A stretch of 64,000 nt of DNA, from the NCBI RefSeq assembly GCF_009914755.1, contig NC_060937.1. One strand, given 5' to 3'. The DNA is from the human T2T-CHM13v2.0 reference genome, Homo sapiens. How positions within the stretch are numbered: position 1 is the stretch's first letter; the number at the start of each line of letters is the position of its first letter. Positions 48,717 to 62,800 of the stretch are shown here, in pieces. The translations under genes were made by a program, and so were the position numbers. The notes beneath the pieces were generated by a model that had not been told where the DNA came from, made no database searches, and saw nothing but the letters and a program-made list of their open reading frames with translations.

Positions 48717-50197
48717 TCAAAGTACCCAAGGTATATATTCTATACTGTGCAAAAAATATCAAAGTACCCAAAGCATGTATTATATACTGTACATAAAATA
48801 TGAAAGTACATCAAATATATATTTTATTCTGTACATAAAATATCAAAGTACACTAAATATATATTCTATAGTGTACATAAAATATCAAAGTACCCAAACT
48901 ATACATTATATACTGTACATAAAATGTGAAATTACATCAAATATATATTATATTAGGTACATAAAATATGAAAGTACATCAAATATAGATTATATACTGT
49001 ACATAAACTACCAAAGTACCCCAAATACATATTATATACTGTACATGAAATATCAAAGTTCACAAACTATATATTATATACTGTACATAAAATATCAAAG
49101 TACCCAAGGTATATATTCTATACTGTACAAAAAATATCAAAGTACCCCAAGCAAGTATTATATACTGTACATAAAATATGAAAGTACATCAAATATATAT
49201 TTTATTCTGTACATAAAGTATCAAAGTACACCAAATATATATTCTATAGTGTACATAAAATATCAAAGTACCCAAACTATACATTATATACTGTACATAA
49301 AATATGAAATTACATCAAATATATATTATATTAGGTACTTAAAATATGAAAGTACATCAAATATAAATTATATACTGTACATAAAATACCAAAGTACCCC
49401 AAATATATATTATATACTGTACATGCAATATCAAAGTTCACAAACTATTTATCATATACTGTACATAAAATATCAAAGTACCGAAGGTATATATTCTATA
49501 GTGTACAAAAAATATGAAAGTACGCAAAGTATGTATTATACACTGTACATAAAATATGAAAGTACATCAATTATATATTTTATTCTGTACATAAAATATC
49601 AAAGTACACCAAATATATATTCTATAGTGTACATAAAATATCAAAGTACCCAAACTATACATTATATACAGTACATAAAATATGAAATTACATCAAATAT
49701 ATATTATAATAGGTACATAAAATATGAAAGTACATCAAATATAAATTATATACTGTACATAAAATACCACAGAAACCCAAATATATATTATATACTGTAC
49801 ATGAAATATCAAAGTTCACAAACTATATATTATATACTGTATATAAAATATCAAAGTACCCAAGGTATATATTCTATACTGTACAAAAAATATCAAAGTA
49901 CCCAAAGCATGTATTATATACTGTTCATAAAATATGAAAGTACATCAAATATATATTTTATTCTGTACATAAAATATCAAAGTACAGCAAATATATATTC
50001 TATAGTGTACATTAAATATCAAAGTACCCAAACTATACATTATATACTGTACATAAAATATGAAATTACATCAAATATATATTATATTAGGTACATAAAA
50101 TATGAAAGTACATCAAATATAGATTATATACTGTGCATAAAATACCAAAGTACCCCAAGTACATATTATATACTGTACATGAAATATCAAAGTTCAC
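48717..50197 (+). repeat. Dispersed copy of ~34.9-36.38 kb at offset 13,817 bp
   Basis: CTGTGCAAAA at 34932/48749, CCCCAAGCAAG at ~35331/49148 and CCCCAAGTAC at 36342/50159, all at +13,817. Confidence 0.82.
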
Positions 50198-53100
50198 ACA
50201 CTATATATTATATACTGTACATAAAATATCAAAGTACCGAAGCTATATATTCTATACTGTACAAAAAATATCAAAGTACCCAAAGCATGTATTATATACT
50301 GTACATAAAATATGAAAGTACATCAAATATATATTTAATTCTGTACATAAAATATCAAAGTACACCAAATATATATTCTATAGTGTACATAAAATATCAA
50401 AGTACCCAAACTATACATTATATACTGTACATAAAATATGAAATTACATCAAATATATATTACATTAGGTACATAAAATATGAAAGTACATCAAATATAG
50501 ATTATATACTGTACATAAAATACCAAAGTACCCCAAATACATATTATATACTGTACATGCAATATCAAAGTTCACAAACTATATATTATATACTGTACAT
50601 AAAATATCAAAGCACCCAAGGTATATATTCTATACTGTACAAAAAATATAAAAGTACCCAAAACATGTATTATATACTGTACATAAAATATGAAAGTACA
50701 TCAAATATATATTTTATTCTGTACATAAAATATCAAAGTACACCAAATATATATTCTATAGTGTACATAAAATATCAAAGTACCCAAACTATACATTATA
50801 TACTGTACATAAAATATGAAATTACATCAAATATATATTATAATAGGTACATAAAATATGAAAGTACATCAAATATAAATTATGTACTGTACATAAAATA
50901 CCAAAGAACCCCAAATATATATTATATACTGTACATGAAATATCAAAGTTCACAAACTATATATTATATACTGTATATAAAATATCAAAGTACCCAAGGT
51001 ATATATTCTATACTGTACAAAAAATATCAAAGTACCCAAAGCATGTATTATATACTGTTCATAAAATATGAAAGTACATCAAATATATATTTTATTCTGT
51101 ACATAAAATATCAAAGTACACCAAATATATATTCTATAGTGTACATTAAATATCAAAGTACCCAAACTATACATTGTATACTGTACATAAAATATGAAAT
51201 TACATCAAATATATATTATATTAGGTACATAAAGTATGAAAGTACATCAAATATAGATTATATACTGTACATAAAATACCAAAGTACCCCAAATACATAT
51301 TATATACTGTACATGAAATATCAAAGTTCACAAACTATATATTATATACTGTACATAAAATATCAAAGTACCGAAGGTATATATTCTATACTGTACAAAA
51401 AATATCAAAGTACCCAAAGCATGTATTATATACTGTACATAAAATATGAAAGTACATCAAGTATATATTTTATTTTGTACATAAAATATCAGTATACCAA
51501 ATATATATTCTATAGTGTACTTAAAATATCAAAGTACCCAAACTGTACACTACATACTGTACATAAAATATGAAATTACATCAAATATATATTATATTAG
51601 GTACATAAAATATGAAAGTACATCAACTATAAATTATATACTGTACATAAAATACCAAAGTACCCCAAATATATATTATATACTTTACATAAAATATCAA
51701 AGTACCGAAAGTATATATTCTATACTGTACAAAAAATATCAAAGTACCCAAAGCATGTATTATATACTGTACATAAATTATGAAAGTACATCAAATATAT
51801 ATTTTATTCTGTACATAAAATATCAAAGTACACCAAATATATATTCTATAGTGTACATTAAATATCAAAGTACCCAAACTATACATTATATACTGCACAT
51901 AAAATATGAAATTACATCAAATATATATTATATTAGGTACATAAAATATGAAAGTACATCAAATATATATTATATACTCTACATAAAATACCAAAGTACC
52001 CCAAATACATATTATATACTGTACATGCAATATCAAAGTTCACACACTATATATTATATACTGTACATAAAATATCAAAGTACCGAAGCTATATATTCTA
52101 TACTGTACAAAAAATATCAAAGTACCCAAAGCATGTATTATATACTGTACATAAAATATGAAAGTACATCAAATATATATTTAATTCTGTACATAAAATA
52201 TCAAAGTACACCAAATATATATTCTATAGTGTACATAAAATAAGAAAGTACCCAAACTATACATTATATACTGTACATAAAATATGAAATTATATCAAAT
52301 ATATATTACATTAGGTAAATAAAATATGAAAGTACATCAAATATAGATTATATACTGTACATAAAATACCAAAGTACCCCAAATACATATTATATACTGT
52401 ACATGCAATATCAAAGTTCACAAACTATATATTATATACTGTACATAAAATATCAAAGCACCCAAGGTATATATTCTATACTGTACAAAAAATATAAAAG
52501 TACCCAAAACATGTATTATATACTGTACATAAAATATGAAAGTACATCAAATATATATTTTATTCTGTACATAAAATATCAAAGTACACCAAATATATAT
52601 TCTATAGAGTACATAAAATATCAAAGTACCCAAACTATACATTATATACTGTACATAAAATATGAAATTACATCAAATATATATTATAATAGGTACATAA
52701 AATATGAAAGTACATCAAATATAAATTATGTACTGTACATAAAATACCAAAGAACCCCAAATATATATTATATACTGTACATGAAATATCAAAGTTCACA
52801 AACTATATATTATATACTGTATATAAAATATCAAAGTACCCAAGGTATATATTCTATACTGTACAAAAAATATCAAAGTACCCAAAGCATGTATTATATA
52901 CTGTTCATAAAATATGAAAGTACATCAAATATATATTTTATTCTGTACATAAAATATCAAAGTACACCAAATATATATTCTATAGTGTACATTAAATATC
53001 AAAGTACCCAAACTATACATTGTATACTGTACATAAAATATGAAATTACATCAAATATATATTATATTAGGTACATAAAGAATGAAAGTACATCAAATAT

Positions 53101-53650
53101 AGATTATATACTGTACATAAAATACCAAAGTACCCCAAATACATATTATATACTGTACATGAAATATCAAAGTTCACAAACTATATATTATATACTGTAC
53201 ATAAAATATCAAAGTACCGAAGGTATATATTCTATACTGTACAAAAAATATCAAAGTACCCAAAGCATGTATTATATACTGTACATAAAATATGAAAGTA
53301 CATCAAATATATATTTTATTTTGTACATAAAATATCAGTATACCAAATATATATTCTATAGTGTACTTAAAATATCAAAGTACCCAAACTGTACACTACA
53401 TACTGTACATAAAATATGAAATTACATCAAATATATATTATATTAGGTACATAAAATATGAAAGTACATCAACTATAATTTATATACTGTACATAAAATA
53501 CCAAAGTACCCCAAATATATATTATATACTGTACATAAAATATCAAAGTACCGAAAGTATATAGTCTATACTGTACAAAAAATATCAAAGTACCCAAAGC
53601 ATGTATTATATACTGTACATAAATTATGAAAGTACATCAAATATATATTT
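50190..53650 (+). repeat. 1,846-bp tandem duplication (5 x 378 minus one monomer minus 2 bp)
   Basis: ORF positions 51515/53361 and 51573/53419 are 1,846 apart. Both copies share the 2-bp deletion AATATCAGTATACC, the ACTGTACACTACAT variant and the missing monomer 5. Confidence 0.9.
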
Positions 53651-53699
53651 TATTCTGTACATAAAATATCAAAGTACACCAAATATATACTCTATAGTG

Positions 53700-56350
53700 T
53701 ACATAAAATATCAAAGTACCCAAACTATACATTATATACTGTACATAAAATATGAAATTACATCAAATATATATTATAATAGGTACATAAAATATGAAAG
53801 TACATCAAATATAAATTATATACTGTACATAAAATACCAAAGAACCCCAAATATATATTATATACTGTACATGAAATATCAAAGTTCACAAACTATATAT
53901 TATATACTGTATATAAAATATCAAAGTACCCAAGGTATATATTCTATACTGTACAAAAAATATCAAAGTACCCAAAGCATGTATTATATACTGTTCATAA
54001 AATATGAAAGTACATCAAATATATATTTTATTCTGTACATAAAATATCAAAGTACGCCAAATATATATTCTATAGTGTACATTAAATATCAAAGTATCCA
54101 AACTATACATTATATACTGTACATAATATATGAAATTACATCAAATATATATTATATTAGGTACATAAAATATGAAAGTACATCAAATATAGATTATATA
54201 CTCTACATAAAATACCAAAGTACCCCAAATACATATTATATACTGTACATGAAATATCAAAGTTCACAAACTATATATTATATACTGTACATAAAATATC
54301 AAAGTACCAAAAGTATATATTCTATACTGTACAAAAAATATCAAAGTACCCAAAGCATGTATTATATACTGTACATAAAATATGAATGTACATCAAATAT
54401 ATATTTTATTCTGTACATAAAATATCAAAGTACACCAAATATATATTCTATAGTGTACATAAAATATCAAAGTACCCAAACTATACATTATATACTGCAC
54501 ATAAAATATGAAATTACATCAAATATATATTATATTAGGTACATAAAATATGAAAGTACATCAAATATATATTATATACTCTACATAAAATACCAAAGTA
54601 CCCCAAATACATATTATATACTGTACATGCAATATCAAAGTTCACACACTATATATTATATACTGTACATAAAATATCAAAGTACCGAAGCTATATATTC
54701 TATACTGTACAAAAAATATCAAAGTACCCAAAGCATGTATCATATACTGTACATAAAATATGAAAGTACATCAAATATATATTTAATTCTGTACATAAAA
54801 TATCAAAGTACACCAAATATATATTCTATAGTGTACATAAAATATCAAAGTACCCAAACTATACATTATATACTGTACATAAAATATGAAATTACATCAA
54901 ATATATATTACATTAGGTACATAAAATATGAAAGTACATCAAATATAGATTATATACTGTACATAAAATACCAAAGTACCCCAAATACATATTATATACT
55001 GTACATGCAATATCAAAGTTCACAAACTATATATTATATACTGTACATAAAATATCAAAGTACCCAAGGTATATATTCTATACTCTACAAAAAATATCAA
55101 ACTACGCAAAGCATGTATTATATACTGTACATAAAATATGAAAGTACATCAAATATATATTTTATTCTGTACATAATATATCAAAGTACACCAAATATAT
55201 ATTCTATAGTGTACATAAAATATCAAAGTACCCAAACTATACATTATATCCTGTACATAAAATATGAAATTACATCAAATATATATTATAATAGGTACAT
55301 AAAATATGAAAGTACATCAAATATAAATTATATACTGTACATAAAATACCAAAGAACCCCAAATATATATTATATACTGTACATGAAATATCAAAGTTCA
55401 CAAACTATATATTATATACTGTATATAAAATATCAAAGTACCCAAGGTATATATTCTATACTGTACAAAAAATATCAAAGTACCCAAAGCATGTATTATA
55501 TACTGTTCATAAAATATGAAAGTACATCAAATATATATTTTATTCTGTACATAAAATATCAAAGTACACCAAATATATATTCTATAGTGTACATTAAATA
55601 TCAAAGTACCCAAACTATACATTATATACTGTACATAAAATATGAAATTACATCAAATATATATTATATTAGGTACATAAAATATGAAAGTACATCAAAT
55701 ATAGATTATATACTGTACATAAAATACCAAAGTACCCCAAATACATATTATATACTGTACATGAAATATCAAAGTTCACAAACTATATATTATATACTGT
55801 ACATAAAATATCAAAGTACCAAAAGTATATATTCTATACTGTACAAAAAATATCAAAGTACCCAAAGCATGTATTATATACTGTACATAAAATATGAAAG
55901 TACATCAAATATATATTTTATTCTGTACATAAAATATCAAAGTACACCAAATATATATTCTATAGTGTACATAAAATATCAAAGTACCCCAAATATACAT
56001 TATATACTGTACATAAAATATGATATTACATCAAATATATATTATATTAGGTACATAAAATATGAAAGTGCATCAAATATATATTATATACTCTACATAA
56101 AATACCAAAGTACCCCAAATACATATTATATACTGTACATGCAATATCAAAGTTCACACACTATATATTATATACTGTACATAAAATATCAAAGTACCGA
56201 AGCTATATATTCTATACTGTACAAAAAATATCAAAGTACCCAAAGCATGTATTATATACTGTACATAAAATATGAAAGTACATCAAATATATATTTAATT
56301 CTGTACATAAAATATCAAAGTACACCAAATATATATTCTATAGTGTACAT
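53700..56350 (+). repeat. 1,512-bp (4 x 378) tandem duplication
   Basis: AAAGTACCAAAAGT at 54301/55813, TTCACACACT at 54641/56153, and the following ACCGAAGCT marker, all at +1,512. Confidence 0.8.
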
Positions 56351-56859
56351 AAAATATCAAATTACCCAAACTATACATTATATACTGTACATAAAACATG
56401 AAATTACATCAAATATATATTATATTAGGTACATAAAATATGAAGGTACATCAAATATAGATTATATACTGTACATAAAATACCAAAGTACCCCAAATAT
56501 ATATTATATACTGTACATGAAATATCAAAGTTCACAAACTATATATTATATACTGTATATAAAATATCAAAGTACCCAAGGTATATATTCTATACTGTAC
56601 AAAAAATATCAAAGTACCCAAAGCATGTATTATATACTGTTCATAAAATATGAAAGTACATCAAATATATATTTTATTCTGTACATAAAATATCAAAGTA
56701 CACCAAATATATATTCTATAGTGTACATTAAATATCAAAGTACCCAAACTATACATTATATACTGTACATAAAATATGAAATTACATCAAATATATATTA
56801 TATTAGGTACATAAAATATGAAAGTACATCAAATATAGATTATATACTGTACATAAAAT

Positions 56860-59800
56860 ATCAAACTACACAAATATATATCATATACTGTACATGAAAT
56901 ATCAAGGTACCCAAACTATACATTATATACTGTACATAAAATATGAAATTACATCAAATATATATTATATTAGGTACAGAAAATATGAAATTACATCAAA
57001 TATATATTATATTAGGTATGTAAAATATGAAAGTACATCAAATATAGATTATATACTGTACGTAAAATACCAAAGTACCCCAAATATATATTTTATACTG
57101 TACATGAAATATCAAAGTTCTCAAACTATATATTATATACTGCACATAAAATATCAAAGTACCCAAGGTATATATTCCATACTGTACAAAAAATATCAAA
57201 GTACCCAAAGCATATATTATATGCTGTACATAAAATATGAAAGTACATCAAATATATATTTTATTCTGTACATAAAATATCAAAGTACACCAAATATATA
57301 TTCTATACTGTACATAAAATATCAAGGTACCCAAACTATACATTATATACTGTACATAAGATATGAAATTACTTCAAATATACATTATATTAGGTACATA
57401 AAATATGAAAGTACATCAAATATAGATTATATACTGTACATAAAATCTCAAAGTACCCAAATATATATCATATACTGTACATGAAATATCAAAGTTCACA
57501 AACTATATATTATATACTGTACATAAAATATCAAATTACCCAAACTATACATTATATACTGTACATAAAATATGAAATTACATCAAATATATATTTTATT
57601 AGGTATGTAAAATATGAAAGTACATCAAATATAGATTATATACTGTACATAAAATACCAAAGTACCACAAATATATATTTTATACTGTACATGAAATATC
57701 AAAGTTCTCAAACTATATATTATATACTGCACATAAAATATCAAAGTACCCAAGGTATATATTCCATACTGTACAAAAAATATCAAAGTACCCAAAGCAT
57801 ATATTATATGCTGTACATAAAATATGAAAGTACATGAAATATATATTTTATTCTCTACATAAAATATCAAAGTACACCAAATATATATTCTATACTGTAC
57901 ATAAAATATCAAGGTACCCAAACTATACATTATATACTGTACATAAAATATGAAATTACATCAAATATATATTATATTAGGTACATAAAATATGAAAGTA
58001 CATCAAATATAGATTATATACTGTACAAAAAATATCAAAGTACCCAAATATATACCATATACTGTACATGAAATATCAAAGTTCACAAACTATATATTAT
58101 ATACTGTACATAAAATATCAAAGTACCCAAACTATACATTATATACTGTACATAAAATATGAAATTACATCAAATATATATTTTATTAGGTATGTAAAAT
58201 ATGAAAGTACATCAAATATAGATTATATACTGTACATAAAATACCAAAGTACCCCAAATATATATTTTATACTGTACATGAAATATCAAAGTTCTCAAAC
58301 TATATATTATATAGTGCACATAAAATATCAAAGTACCCAAGGTATATATTCCATACTGTACAAAAATTATCAAAGTACCCAAAGCATATATTATATGCTG
58401 TACATAAAATATGAAAGTACATGAAATATATATTTTATTCTGTACATAAAATATCAAAGTACACCAAATATATATTCTATACTGTACATAAAATATCAAG
58501 GTACCCAAATATATATCATATACTGTACATGAAATATCAAAGTTCACAAACTATATATTATATACTGTACATAAAATATCAAAGTACCCAAACTATACAT
58601 TATATACTGTACATAAAATATGAAATTACATCAAATATATATTTTATTAGGTATGTAAAATATGAAAGTACATCAAATATAGATTATATACTGTACATAA
58701 AATACCAAAGTACACCAAATATATATTTTATACTGTACATGAAATATCAAAGTTCTCAAAGTATATATTATATAGTGCACATAAAATATCAAAGTACCCA
58801 AGGTATATATTCCATACTGTACAAAAATTATCAAAGTACCCAAAGCATATATTATATGCTGTATATAAAATATGAAAGTACATCAAATATATATTTTATT
58901 CTGTACATAAAATATCAAAGTATACCAAATATATATTCTATACTGTACATAAAATATCAAGGTACCCAAACTATACATTATATACTGTACATAAGATATG
59001 AAATTACATCAAATATATATTATATTAGGTACATAAAATATGAAAGTACATCAAATATAGATTATATACTGTACATAAAATATCAAAGTACCCAAATATA
59101 TATCATATACTGTACATGAAATATCAAAGTTCACAAACTATATATTATATACTGTACATAAAATATCAAAGTACCCAAACTATACATTATATACTGTACA
59201 TAAAATATGAAATTTCATCAAATATATATTTTATTAGGTATGTAAAATATGAAAGTACATCAAATATAGATTATATACTGTACATAAAATACCAAAGTAC
59301 CCCAAATATATATTTTATACTGTACATGAAATATCAAAGTTCTCAAACTATATATTATATAGTGCACATAAAATATCAAAGTACCCAAGGTATATATTCC
59401 ATACTGTACAAAAATTATCAAAGTAACCAAAGCATATATTATATGCTGTACATAAAATATGAAAGTACATCAAATATATATTTTATTCTGTACATAAAAT
59501 ATCAAAGTACACCAAATATATATTCTATACTGTACATAAAATATCAAGGTACCCAAACTATACATTATATACTGTACATAAGATATGAAATTACATCAAA
59601 TATATATTATATTAGGTACATAAAATATGAAAGTACATCAAATATAGATTATATACTGTACATAAAATATCAAAGTACCCAAATATATATCATATACTGT
59701 ACATGAAATATCAAAGTTCACAAACTATATATTATATACTGTACATAAAATATCAAAGTACCCAAACTATACATTATATACTGTACATAAAATATGAAAT

Positions 59801-62800
59801 TACATCAAATATATATTATATTAGGTATGTAAAATATGAAAGTACATCAAATATAGATTATATACTGTACACAAAATACCAAAGTACCCCAAATATATAT
59901 TTTATACTGTACATGAAATATCAAAGTTCTCAAACTATATATTATATACTGCACATAAAATATCAAAGTACCCAAGGTATATATTCCATACTGTACAAAA
60001 AATATCAAAGTACCCAAAGCATATATTATATGCTGTACATAAAATATGAAAGTACATCAAATATATATTTTATTCTGTACATAAAATATCAAAGTACACC
60101 AAATATATATTCTATACTGTACATAAAATATCAACGTACCCAAACTATACATTATATACTGTACATAAAATATGAAATTACATAAAATATATATTATATT
60201 AGGTACATAAAATATGAAAGTACATCAAATATAGATTATATACTGTACATAAAATATCAAAGTACCCAAATATATATCATATACTGTACATGAAATATCA
60301 AAGTTCACAAACTATATATTATATACTGTACATAAAATATCAAAGTACCCAAACTATACATTATATACTGTACATAAAAGATGAAATTACATCAAATATA
60401 TATTATATTAGGTATGTAAAATATGAGAGTACATCAAATATAGATTATATACTGTACATAAAATACCAAAGTACCCCAAATATATATTTTATACTGTACA
60501 TGAAATATCAAAGTTCTCAAACTATATATTATATACTGCACATAAAATATCAAAGTACCCACGGTATATATTCCATACTGTACAAAAAATATCAAAGTAC
60601 CCAAAGCATATATTATATGCTGTACATAAAATATGAAAGTACATCAAATATATATTTTATTCTGTACATAAAATATCAAAGTACACCAAATATATATTCT
60701 ATACTGTACATAAAATATCAAGGTACCCAAACTATACATTATATACTGTACATAAAATATGAAATTACATCAAATATATATTATATTAGGTACATAAAAT
60801 ATGAAAGTACATCAAATATAGATTATATACTGTACATAAAATATCAAAGTACCCAAATATATATCATATACTGTACATGAAATATCAAAGTTCACAAACT
60901 ATATATTATATACTGTACATAAAATATCAAAGTACCCAAACTATACATTACATACGGTACATAAAATATGAAATTACATCAAATATATATTTTATTAGGT
61001 ATGTAAAATATGAAAGTACATCAAATATAGATTATATACTGTACATAAAATACCAAAGTACCCCAAATATATATTTTATACTGTACATGAAATATCAAAG
61101 TTCTCAAACTATATATTATATAGTGCACATGAAATATCAAAGTACCCAAGGTATATATTCCATACTGTACAAAAATTATCAAAGTACCCAAAGCATATAT
61201 TATATGCTGTACATAAAATATGAAAGTACATCAAATATATATTTTATTCTGTACATAAAATATCAAAGTACACCAAATATATATTCTATACTGTACATAA
61301 AATATCCAGGTACCCAAACTATACATTATATACTGTACATAAGATATGAAATTACATCAAATATATATTATATTAGGTACATAAAATATGAAAGTACATC
61401 AAATATAGATTATATACTGTACATAAAATATCAAAGTTCCCAAATATATATCATATACTGTACATGAAATATCAAAGTTCACAAACTATATATTATATAC
61501 TGTACATAAAATATCAAAGTACCCAAACTATACATTATATACTGTACATAAAATCTGAAATTACATCAAATATATATTATATTAGGTATGTAAAATATGA
61601 AAGTACATCAAATATAGATTATATACTGTACATAAAATACCAAAGTACCCCAAATATATATTTTATACTGTACATGAAATATCAAAGTTCTCAAACTATA
61701 TATTATATACTGCACATAAAATATCAAAGTACCCACGGTATATATTCCATACTGTACAAAAAATATCAAAGTACCCAAAGCATATATTATATGCTGTACA
61801 TAAAATATGAAAGTACATCAAATATATATTTTATTCTGTACATAAAATATCAAAGTACACCAAATATATATTCTATACTGTACATAAAATATCAAGGTAC
61901 CCAAACTATACATTATATACTGTACATAAAATATGAAATTACATCAAATATATATTATATTAGGTACATAAAATATGAAAGTACATCAAATATAGATTAT
62001 ATACTGTACATAAAATATCAAAGTACCCAAATATATATCATATACTGTACATGAAATATCAAAGTTCACAAACTATATATTATATACTGTACATAAAATA
62101 TCAAAGTACCCAAACTATACATTACATACTGTACATAAAATATGAAATTACATCAAATATATATTTTATTAGGTATGTAAAATATGAAAGTACATCAAAT
62201 ATAGATTATATACTGTACATAAAATACCAAAGTACCCCAAATATATATTTTATACTGTACATGAAATATCAAAGTTCTCAAACTATATATTATATAGTGC
62301 ACATGAAATATCAAAGTACCCAAGGTATATATTCCATACTGTACAAAAATTATCAAAGTACCCAAAGCATATATTATATGCTGTACATAAAATATGAAAG
62401 TACATCAAATATATATTTTATTCTGTACATAAAATATCAAAGTACACCAAATATATATTCTATACTGTACATAAAATATCCAGGTACCCAAACTATACAT
62501 TATATACTGTACATAAGATATGAAATTACATCAAATATATATTATATTAGGTACATAAAATATGAAAGTATATCAAATATAGATTATATACTGTACATAA
62601 AATATCAAAGTTCCCAAATATATATCATATACTGTACATGAAATATCAAAGTTCACAAACTATATATTATATACTGTACATAAAATATCAAAGTACCCAA
62701 ACTATACATTATATACTGTACATAAAATCTGAAATTACATCAAATATATATTATATTAGGTATGTAAAATATGAAAGTACATCAAATATAGATTATATAC

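Larger units (their letters stand above)
1..56850 (+). repeat. 378-bp higher-order repeat (9 x 42-bp monomers), with local variants
   Basis: Nine distinguishable monomers recur in fixed order. By their pseudo-translation: m1 QSTQTIHYIL, m2 EITSNIYYIR, m3 ESTSNIDYIL, m4 QSTPNIYYIL, m5 MKYQSSQTIYYIL, m6 QSTQGIYSIL, m7 KKYQSTQSMYYIL, m8 ESTSNIYFIL, m9 QSTPNIYSIV. A 378-bp 9-mer is the known HSat1A organisation. Confidence 0.95.

Noticed and set aside
12694-58547. Short minus-strand ORFs (MYSLGTLIFYVQYRI...)
   Set aside because: They arise wherever single variants such as TCA>TGA on the + strand remove a minus-strand stop. They are copies of the same satellite segment.
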